Below are positions 53,460-64,000 of a stretch of 64,000 nt of DNA, in pieces. The notes under the pieces are model-generated. The model had not been told where the DNA came from. It saw only the letters and a list, made by a program, of their open reading frames with translations, and ran no database searches. This DNA comes from Flaccisagitta enflata. Its lineage: Eukaryota. The DNA is taken from contig OZ231126.1 of NCBI GenBank assembly GCA_965153355.1, positions 10,540,001 to 10,604,000 of the forward strand, in the 5' to 3' direction. The translations under genes and the position numbers were made by a program. Within the stretch, counting starts at the first letter, position 1; each line of letters begins with the position of its first letter.

Positions 53460-54059
53460 CAGGGTGAACATTGTCAAATGCAAAAAAGTATTAAGCTTTT
53501 ACTTTTTGACGCTTCATCACCATGACCTGGAATCATTTTTCTCTTATAGTAGTATGCTTGACATTTTTTGTGTCAAAATTTCATGGGTCTGAGTTGAATA
53601 GTTTGTTCATAATATCAGTTTGAAGTAAAAAGAATATTTAGAGCTTGACCTTGATTACTGATTTTTTTCATCTGGGCAGGTTCTTTTGGAATTGTTCTGA
53701 TGTTGAAATGACTTAAGCCACAGATGCTACATTGGTCTTAAATGAAAGAGAATCAAATTTTCTTCCAATCAAGACCAATCTGGCATTTATAGCTCAAGCT
53801 GTCTTCAAATGAGAGCAAATCGAAAAAAAACTTTCCAGTTTAAAGAAGAAGATTTTTAGCTGAAAATGAGCTTTTTCTAGAAATGCCTCTTTTGCTTCAA
53901 TTTAATGTTGTGGACAAACAATCCAACTTAGACCCATGAAATTTTGATACAAAAAAGTCAATTATAGTACTTTAAGAGAAAAGTGAATCTAGGTCATAAA
54001 AATGAAGCATCTAGAAGCAAAAGCTTAATACTTTTTTGCATTTGACAATATTCACACTG
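53460..54059. mobile_element. 600-bp Tc1/mariner-type MITE, TA TSD, ~170-bp imperfect TIRs (copy 1)
   Basis: TA|CAGGGTGAACATTGTCAAATGCAAAAAAGTATTAAGCTTTT ... AAAAGCTTAATACTTTTTTGCATTTGACAATATTCACACTG|TA. Confidence 0.9.
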
Positions 54060-57000
54060 TATCTAAGCTCAGACTAGAGTCCATTGTTTGAGTGTATGTG
54101 GTGATGCATATACTGGATACTGGATACTGGATACTGGATACCTGATTCTCTCTTATTAGATAAGACTTTTTTTATTTCATATAATGGTGTGACAAAAAAC
54201 TTTTAGGTGACACGGACATGTTAATTAGGCCTGTTTTATGCTTCAGTAAGATCAAAGAGAATGAAATGAATGACCTTTTACTGGCTTAAACTAATTCATT
54301 AAAGATGGTGGCGCAGATACTGGATACTGGATACTGGATACTGGATACTGGATACTGGATACTGGATACTGGATACTTGATTCTCTGTAAGCCTAGAAAA
54401 TGTTGTCTTTTTGTTTTAAACATGCGACCCTTGACCCTTAATGCTAGTCTACAGTATCTAAGCTCAGACTAGAGTCCATTGTTTGAGTGTATGTGGTGAT
54501 GCAGATACTGGATACTGGATACTGGATACCTGATTCTCTCTTATTAGATAAGACTTTTTTTATTTCATATAATGGTGTGACAAAAGACTTTTAGGTGACA
54601 CGGACATGTTAATTAGGCCTGTTTTATGCTTCAGTAAGATCATAGAGAATGAAATGAATGACCTTTTACTGGTTTAAACTAATTCATCAAAGATGGTGGC
54701 GCAGATACTGGATACTGGATACTGGATACTGGATACTGGATACTGGATACTGGATACTGGATACTTGATTCTCTGTAAGCCTAGAAAATGTTGTCTTTTT
54801 GTTTTAAACATGCGACCCTTGACCCTTAATGCTAGTCTACAGTATCTAAGCTCAGACTAGAGTCCATTGTTTGAGTGTATGTGGTGATGCAGATACTGGA
54901 TACTGGATACTGGATACTGGATACCTGATTCTCTCTTATTAGATAAGACTTTTTTTATTTCATATAATGGTGTGACAAAAGACTTTTAGGTGACACGGAC
55001 ATGTTAATTAGGCCTGTTTTATGCTTCAGTAAGATCATAGAGAATGAAATGAATGACCTTTTACTGGTTTAAACTAATTCATCAAAGATGGTGGCGCAGA
55101 TACTGGATACTGGATACTGGATACTGGATACTGGATACTGGATACTGGATACTGGATACTTGATTCTCTGTAAGCCTAGAAAATGTTGTCTTTTTGTTTT
55201 AAACATGCGACCCTTGACCCTTAATGCTAGTCTACAGTATCTAAGCTCAGACTAGAGTCCATTGTTTGAGTGTATGTGGTGATGCAGATACTGGATACTG
55301 GATACTGGATACTGGATACCTGATTCTCTCTTATTAGATAAGACTTTTTTTATTTCATATAATGGTGTGACAAAAGACTTTTAGGTGACACGGACATGTT
55401 AATTAGGCCTGTTTTATGCTTCAGTAAGATCATAGAGAATGAAATGAATGACCTTTTACTGGTTTAAACTAATTCATCAAAGATGGTGGCGCAGATACTG
55501 GATACTGGATACTGGATACTGGATACTGGATACTGGATACTGGATACTTGATTCTCTGTAAGCCTAGAAAATGTTGTCTTTTTGTTTAAAACATGCGACC
55601 CTTGACCCTTAATGCTAGTCTACAGTATCTAAGCTCAGACTAGAGTCCATTGTTTGAGTGTATGTGGTGATGCAGATACTGGATACTGGATACTGGATAC
55701 TGGATACCTGATTCTCTCTTATTAGATAAGACTTTTTTTTATTTCATATAATGGTGTGACAATAACTTTTAGGTGACACGGACATGTTAATTAGGCCTGT
55801 TTTATGCTTCAGTAAGATCAAAGAGAATGAAATGAATGACCTTTTACTGGCTTAAACTAATTCATTAAAGATGGTGGCGCAGATACTGGATACTGGATAC
55901 TGGATACTGGATACTGGATACTGGATACTTGATTCTCTGTAAGCCTAGAAAATGTTGTCTTTTTGTTTTAAACATGCGACCCTTGACCCTTAATGCTAGT
56001 CTACAGTATCTAAGCTCAGACTAGAGTCCATTGTTTGAGTGTATGTGGTGATGCAGATACTGGATACTGGATACTGGATACTGGATACCTGATTCTCTCT
56101 TATTAGATAAGACTTTTTTTATTTCATATAATGGTGTGACAAAAGACTTTTAGGTGACACGGACATGTTAATTAGGCCTGTTTTATGCTTCAGTAAGATC
56201 ATAGAGAATGAAATGAATGACCTTTTACTGGTTTAAACTAATTCATCAAAGATGGTGGCGCAGATACTGGATACTGGATACTGGATACTGGATACTGGAT
56301 ACTTGATTCTCTGTAAGCCTAGAAAATGTTGTCTTTTTGTTTTAAACATGCGACCCTTGACCCTTAATGCTAGTCTACAGTATCTAAGCTCAGACTAGAG
56401 TCCATTGTTTGAGTGTATGTGGTGATGCAGATACTGGATACTGGATACTGGATACTGGATACCTGATTCTCTCTTATTAGATAAGACTTTTTTTATTTCA
56501 TATAATGGTGTGACAAAAAACTTTTAGGTGACACGGACATGTTAATTAGGCCTGTTTTATGCTTCAGTAAGATCAAAGAGAATGAAATGAATGACCTTTT
56601 ACTGGCTTAAACTAATTCATTAAAGATGGTGGCGCAGATACTGGATACTGGATACTGGATACTGGATACTGGATACTGGATACTGGATACTTGATTCTCT
56701 GTAAGCCTAGAAAATGTTGTCTTTTTGTTTTAAACATGCGACCCTTGACCCTTAATGCTAGTCTACAGTATCTAAGCTCAGACTAGAGTCCATTGTTTGA
56801 GTGTATGTGGTGATGCAGATACTGGATACTGGATACTGGATACCTGATTCTCTCTTATTAGATAAGACTTTTTTTATTTCATATAATGGTGTGACAAAAG
56901 ACTTTTAGGTGACACGGACATGTTAATTAGGCCTGTTTTATGCTTCAGTAAGATCATAGAGAATGAAATGAATGACCTTTTACTGGTTAAAACTAATTCA

Positions 57001-57115
57001 TCAACAATGGTGGCGCAGATACTGGATACTGGATACTGGATACTGGATACTGGATACTGGATACTGGATACTGGATACTTGATTCTCTGTAAGCCTAGAA
57101 AATGTTGTCTTTTTG

Positions 57116-57805
57116 TAGCAAGGAACGTGGATGGTCTTTTGTCTCTCTAAAATGCTGACAGAGTTCTCCTCTGATCCTCTCAATTCATGTCTTCCCCTCA
57201 TCGTCTCAATTCAGTAGCTCCAGGGGAGTGACGTCATGAATCCATAATGCGTTCCTCTTAATTAAGGTTACTGCATTGTCGGAATGTTGTCACCGATGTT
57301 TTTCAAAGAAAATAATGAAAAAAACTACTTTTGTTAGCTGTGATACATGAGTAAATCGGTCAGGCTAAGCAATGTTTTTCCTGAGTTCGTGGCTGGATAA
57401 TTGCCGTTCCCAGCAAAGAGAGCTGTGATTGGGTAATGTGAACTGTCAAGTGATCGCTCATTGGCTGGCTTATTGTGTTTTGAAAAGACAGAAGTCTAAT
57501 GTCACATGTGGGGAATTACAGCATCCAATAGCATAGTTTTAAAGTGTCTAAGCAGCTAATCAGGAAATCATGATCAGTATGGAAACTTTACGTCAAGAAT
57601 TGATCCCTTTGCAAATTTGAATTTGCTTCAAGAGCTGCCCAAATATTGTTACCTTGCGAGGACATGAAAAATTGGATTTCTTAAGATGAGGAATGATTCG
57701 AGTTGGGATTTTTCATTGTGATAAGATATAAGACAAGGTCGGCGAGTCAGTTGACCCCAGTAAGCACAATAAATCACAATAGTTCTAAATGACCGACCCT
57801 CGCCA
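57116..57805. mobile_element. ~690-bp non-coding insertion with 7-8 bp TSD CTTTTTG(T)
   Basis: CTTTTTG at 57109-57115 and 57806-57812, and the satellite resumes in register. The ends (TAGCAAGG / CCTCGCCA) are only weakly inverted. Confidence 0.75.
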
Positions 57806-57855
57806 CTTTTTGTTTTAAACATGCGACCCTTGACCCTTAATGCTAGTCTACAGTA

Positions 57856-58456
57856 CAGGGTGAACATTGTCAAATGCAAAAAAGTATTAAGCTTTTACTT
57901 CTTGACGCTTCATCACCATGACCTGGAATCATTTTTCTCTTATAGTAGTATGCTTGACATTTTTTGTGTCAAAATTTCATGGGTCTGAGTTGAATAGTTT
58001 GTTCATAATATCAGTTTGAAGTAAAAAGAATATTTAGAGCTTGACCTTGATTACTGATTTTTTTCATCTGGGCAGGTTCTTTTGGAATTGTTCTGATGTT
58101 GAAATGACTTAAGCCACAGATGCTACATTGGTCTTAAATGAAAGAGAATCAAATTTTCTTCCAATCAAGACCAATCTGGCATTTATAGCTCAAGCTGTCT
58201 TCAAATGAGAGCAAATCGAAAAAAAACTTTCCAGTTTAAAGAAAAAGATTTTTAGCTGAAAATGAGCTTTTTCTAGAAATGCCTCTTTTACTTCAATTTA
58301 ATGTTGTGGACAAAGAATCCAACTTAGACCCATGAAATTTTGATACAAAAAACGTCAATTATAGTACTTTAAGAGAAAAGTGAATCTAGGTCATAAAAAT
58401 GAAGCATCTAGAAGCAAAAGCTTAATACGTTTTTGCATTTGACAATGTTCACACTG
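57856..58456. mobile_element. Tc1/mariner-type MITE (copy 2), same monomer position as copy 1
   Basis: Nearly identical to 53460-54059 and in the same CTACAG-TA-TCTAAG site. Confidence 0.9.
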
Positions 58457-59570
58457 TATCTAAGCTCAGACTAGAGTCCATTGTTTGAGTGTATGTGGTG
58501 ATGCATATACTGGATACTGGATACTGGATACTGGATACCTGATTCTCTCTTATTAGATAAGACTTTTTTTATTTCATATAATGGTGTGACAAAAAACTTT
58601 TAGGTGACACGGACATGTTAATTAGGCCTGTTTTATGCTTCAGTAAGATCAAAGAGAATGAAATGAATGACCTTTTACTGGCTTAAACTAATTCATTAAA
58701 GATGGTGGCGCAGATACTGGATACTGGATACTGGATACTGGATACTGGATACTGGATACTGGATACTGGATACTGGATACTTGATTCTCTGTAAGCCTAG
58801 AAAATGTTGTCTTTTTGTTTTAAACATGCGACCCTTGACCCTTAATGCTAGTCTACAGTATCTAAGCTCAGACTAGAGTCCATTGTTTGAGTGTATGTGG
58901 TGATGCAGATACTGGATACTGGATACTGGATACCTGATTCTCTCTTATTAGATAAGACTTTTTTTATTTCATATAATGGTGTGACAAAAGACTTTTAGGT
59001 GACACGGACATGTTAATTAGGCCTGTTTTATGCTTCAGTAAGATCATAGAGAATGAAATGAATGACCTTTTACTGGTTTAAACTAATTCATCAAAGATGG
59101 TGGCGCAGATACTGGATACTGGATACTGGATACTGGATACTGGATACTGGATACTTGATTCTCTGTAAGCCTAGAAAACATTGTCTTTTTGTTTTAAACA
59201 TGCGACCCTTGACCCTTAATGCTAGTCTACAGTATCTAAGCTCAGACTAGAGTCCATTGTTTGAGTGTATGTGGTGATGCAGATACTGGATACTGGATAC
59301 TGGATACTGGATACTAGATACTGGATACTGGATACTGGATACTGGATACTGGATACTGGATACTGGATACTTGATTCTCTGTAAGCCTAGAAAATGTTGT
59401 CTTTTTGTTTTAAACATGCGACCCTTGACCCTTAATGCTAGTCTACAGTATCTAAGCTCAGACTAAAGTCCATTGTTTGAGTGTATGTGGTGATGCAGAT
59501 ACTGGATACTGGATACTGGATACTGGATACCTGATTCTCTCTTATTAGATAAGACTTTTTTTATTTCATA

Positions 59571-62207
59571 CCAGTAATGGCGGCTGTCGCCGTGAGGAAA
59601 AAAGTCGTAAGCATTGATCGCTTTTCACCAAGCTTTTGTCTTTTGTCACTGCAAATCTTTTTTTCTATTACATCAAATCAAGAGCATTTGTATGTATTGA
59701 TTGCATTGAATATCAGAAAAAAATAGGACTGAACCAAATGAGCTAGATGATCTAAAATGCTCAAAATCACTCAACCAGACAACCAGCCATGCTCACTGAC
59801 ATGTTTTCTTGTATTTACATGCTACCATCAAAATATCTATCTATCCAATTAAAAATCAGTAAAAAAATGAGCTAAATGAGCAAAGTGAGCTAGAATACTC
59901 AAAAATATCCTCAAAGATGAGCAACTCTGCTCACTGATATGCTTTCTTGTATTTGCAAGCTCAAACATGTATCAAAACATTCATTCATTTATCGCATTTT
60001 TAGTCGCGTGCACGCGACTCTACATCCCGCTTTGTCGGTCCGTTGGTCGGTCCCCTTTTTACTTTTTTGTCCATTACATCATTTTAAGTCATTTTAAGTC
60101 ATTCTAAGTCATTTTAAGTCATTCTAAGTCATTTTAAGTCGGTTGGTTGGTCTGTCCCCTTTTTGCTTTTTTGTCCATTTTGTCCTTTTTTGAGTCATTT
60201 ATATTCATTTTAATTCATTTTAATTCATTTTAATTCATTTTAAGTCATTTTAAGTCATTTTAAGTCATTCTAAGTTATTTTAAGTCATTTTAAGTCGGTT
60301 GGTTGGTCTGTCCCCTTTTTACTTTCTTTTCCATTACATCCTTTTTTGAGTCATTTTGATTCATTTTAATTCATTTTAATTCATTTTAGGTCATTCTAAG
60401 TCATTCTAAGTCATTTTAAGTCATTTTAAGTTGGTTGGTTGGTCTGTCCCCTTTTTACTTTTTTGTCCATTACATCCTTTTTTGAGTCATTTTGATTCAT
60501 TTTAAGTCATTTTAAGTCATTCTAAGTCATTCTAAGTCATTTTAAGTCATTTTAAGTCATTTTAAGTCGGTTGGTTGGTCTGTCCCCTTTTTACTTTTTT
60601 GTCCATTACATCCTTTTTTGAGTCATTTTGATTCATTTTAATTCATTTTAAGTCATTTTAGGTCATTCTAAGTCATTCTAAGTCATTCTAAGTCATTCTA
60701 AGTCATTTTAAGTCATTTTAAGTTGGTTGGTTGGTCTGTCCCCTTTTTACTTTTTTGTCCATTACATCCTTTTTTGAGTCATTTTGAATCATTTTAAGTC
60801 ATTTTTAGTCATTTTAAGTCATTTTAAGTCATTCTAAGTCATTCTAAATCATTTTAAGTCATTTTAAGTCATTTTAAGTTGGTTGGTTGGTCTGTCCCCT
60901 TTTTACTTTTTTGTCCATTACGTCCTTTTTAGAGTCATTTTAATTTAGTTTAAGTCATGTAAAGTCAATCTAAGTCATTCTAAGTCATTCTAAGTCATTT
61001 TAAGTTCGTTGGTTGGTCTGTCCCCTTATTACTTTTTTGTCCATAACGTCCTTTTTTAAGACATTTTAATTCAGTATATCAATTCATATCATCTCAAGTG
61101 ATTTTAAGTCACTTTAGGTCATTTCAAGTCATTTCAAGTCATTTTAAGTTATTTTAAGTCAATGTAAGTCATTTCAGTCACTTAAGGCATTTTAATCATT
61201 TTAGGTCAATTCAAGTCAATTTAGGCCATTTTAAGTCAATTTAAGTCTTTTTAGGTCATTTTAAGTCATTTAAATTCAATGAAAGTCAATTTAAGTCACT
61301 TAGTCATTTTAGTCATTTGAAGTCATATTAAGTCGATTTGACTCAATTTGAGTCAATTGAAATTATTCTATGTCAATTTTAGTCAATTCAAGTCATTTAG
61401 GTCATTGTGGTCATTTTAGTCATTTGGTCATTATAGTGTAGTAAGTCATATTAAGTCATTATTGGTTGTTATAGGTTATTACGTAATCAAAGGTAACCAA
61501 AGGTCATTATGCAGTTATAGGTAAATATAGGTAATCATAGGGTATTATAGGTAATCATTGGTTCTTAAAGGTCCATATCTAATCATGAGTAATTTTAGGT
61601 CATTAGATTAATTAAAGGTGATGATAGCTAATTATTGGAAATCATAATCATTTTAAAGGAAATTATCAGTTATTATAGGTATAAGTAATTATAACTCACT
61701 GTAGGAAATTATAGGTTTTGTAATCATAGGTAATTATTGAGTGATTATAGGTGATCAAGTAATTATGTAAGTCCCGCACGCGACTTATAGGTGTTGGCCT
61801 TGTTAATCAGAAAAACAGATTGTGCTAAATGAGCTAAATGAGCTGAAATGCTCAAAAACGCCCTCACAGATGAGCAGCTGTGCTCATAAACACGTTTTCT
61901 TGTATTTGCATGCTCAAACAAACATAAATACACTCTTTTATTGATCCTACACAAAATCGTAAAAAATGAAGAAAAATTTCATTCGAATTTTCATAAATAA
62001 ATCTTTAAAAATCATAGCATAAAAATATTTGTCGTAGAGCATTCTGCTTGGCGCCAAATGAAAGAGAATTATCAAATTTACTTACCCTATCAATTTCATT
62101 GGAGGCCCCAATCGCTCGGTGGAGATTCCCAACTTTCCCATAAGAAAATGAAAACCCTGTTTCTCTCGAATATGTCAAAAGTCGAAGACTGACTTGACTT
62201 TTTCCGA
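59571..62207 (-). mobile_element. Non-autonomous Helitron inserted in the satellite
   Basis: The minus strand reads A|TCGGAAAAAG ... CGGCGACAGCCGCCATTACTGG|T: 5'-TC, 3'-CTRR, GC-rich subterminal hairpin, inserted between A and T, no TSD. Confidence 0.8.
59997..61804 (+). mobile_element. HINE-like family A copy with nested (AAGTCATTTT)n and ~100-160-bp tandem units, inside the Helitron
   Basis: TTTTTAGTCGCGTGCACGCGACTCTACA ... GCACGCGACTTATAGGTGTTGGCCTTGTT. GGTTGGTTGGTCTGTCCCC recurs about 7-8 times in 60040-61030. Confidence 0.82.
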
Positions 62208-64000
62208 TAATGGTGTGACAAAAAACTTTTAAATGTCTTGGACATGTTAATTAGGCCTGTTTTAGCTTCAGTAGATCAAAAGAGAATAAATGAATGACCT
62301 TTTGGCTTAAACTAATTCATTAAAGATGGTGGCGCAGATACTGGATACTGGATACTGGATACTGGATACTGGATACTGGATACTGGATACTGGATACTTG
62401 ATTCTCTGTAAGCCTAGAAAATGTTGTCTTTTTGTTTTAAACATGCGACCCTTGACCCTTAATGCTAGTCTACAGTATCTAAGCTCAGACTAGAGTCCAT
62501 TGTTTGAGTGTATGTGGTGATGCAGATACTGGATACTGGATACTGGATACTGGATACCTGATTCTCTCTATTAGATAAGACTTTTTTTATTTCATATAAT
62601 GGTGTGACAAAAAACTTTCAGGTGACACGGACATGTTAATTAGGCCTGTTTTATGCTTCAGTAAGATCATAGAGAATGAAATGAATGACCTTTTACTGGT
62701 TTAAACTAATTCATCAAAGATGGTGGTGCAGATACTGGATACTGGATACTGGATACTGGATACTGGATACTGGATACTGGATACTTGATTCTCTGTAAGC
62801 CTAGAAAATGTTGTCTTTTTGTTTTAAACATGCGACCCTTGACCCTTAATGCTAGTCTACAGTATCTAAGCTCAGACTAGAGTCCATTGTTTGAGTGTAT
62901 GTGGTGATGCAGATACTGGATACTGGATACTGGATACTGGATACCTGATTCTCTCTTATTAGATAAGACTTTTTTTATTTCATATAATGGTGTGACAAAA
63001 AACTTTTAGGTGACACGGACATGTTAATTAGGCCTGTTTTATGCTTCAGTAAGATCAAAGAGAATGAAATGAATGACCTTTTACTGGCTTAAACTAATTC
63101 ATTAAAGATGGTGGCGCAGATACTGGATACTGGATACTGGATACTGGATACTGGATACTGAAAATGGATACTGTCTTTTTGTTTTAAACATGCGACCCTT
63201 GACCCTTAATGCTAGTCTACAGTATCTAAGCTCAGACTAGAGTCCATTGTTTGAGTGTATGTGGTGATGCAGATACTGGATACTGGATACTGGATACTGG
63301 ATACCTGATTCTCTCTTATTAGATAAGACTTTTTTTATTTCATATAATGGTGTGACAAAAAACTTTTAGGTGACACGGACATGTTAATTAGGCCTGTTTT
63401 ATGCTTCAGTAAGATCATAGAGAATGAAATGAATGACCTTTTACTGGTTTAAACTAATTCATCAAAGATGGTGGCGCAGATACTGGATACTGGATACTGG
63501 ATACTGGATACTGGATACTGGATACTGGATACTTGATTCTCTGTAAGCCTAGAAAATGTTGTCTTTTTGTTTTAAACATGCGACCCTTGACCCTTAATGC
63601 TAGTCTACAGTATCTAAGCTCAGACTAGAGTCCATTGTTTGAGTGTATGTGGTGATGCAGATACTGGATACTGGATACTGGATACTGGATACCTGATTCT
63701 CTCTTATTAGATAAGACTTTTTTTTATTTCATATAATGGTGTGACAAAAACTTTTAGGTGACACGGACATGTTAATTAGGCCTGTTTTATGCTTCAGTAA
63801 GATCAAAGAGAATGAAATGAATGACCTTTTACTGGCTTAAACTAATTCATTAAAGATGGTGGCGCAGATACTAGATACTGGATACTGGATACTGGATACT
63901 GGATACTGGATACTTGATTCTCTGTAAGCCTAGAAAATGTTGTCTTTTTGTTTTAAACATGCGACCCTTGACCCTTAATGCTAGTCTACAGTATCTAAGC

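Larger units (their letters stand above)
48667..64000 (-). repeat. Satellite array, same monomer in reverse orientation ((TGGATAC)n tracts), with four insertions
   Basis: Reverse complement of the monomer at 1-5244, highly homogeneous. Confidence 0.98.

Overview
Repeat-rich eukaryotic (probably animal) heterochromatin-like DNA with no recognisable host gene. A ~380-390 bp satellite carrying two (GTATCCA)n tracts per monomer occupies 1-5244 and 11936-19091 in one orientation and 48667-64000 in the opposite orientation, flanking a ~29.5 kb transposon island. The left array holds a 6.7 kb hAT-type DNA transposon (8-bp TSD, long imperfect TIRs). Its transposase can be assembled by hand into an open 5-exon, ~797-aa CDS with microsatellite-filled introns. 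The most unusual object is a ~13.7 kb minus-strand Ty3/gypsy-like retroelement (19092-~32835). It has an extra upstream ORF, a giant ~1940-codon Gag-like frame and an in-frame TGA-CTAG stop (readthrough context) between gag and pol. A 113-nt GT-AG intron splits a conserved RT motif. No LTR is visible and this copy carries a few stops and frameshifts. The rest of the island has an RTE-X-like LINE with two nested MITEs, many Helentron-like (HINE) elements that seed tandem repeats, microsatellites, and a 192-bp near-perfect palindrome with a hammerhead-like core. The right array holds two copies of a TA-flanked MITE at the same monomer position, a ~690-bp TSD-flanked insertion and a non-autonomous Helitron. 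All family assignments come from motif recognition by eye, not from database searches.
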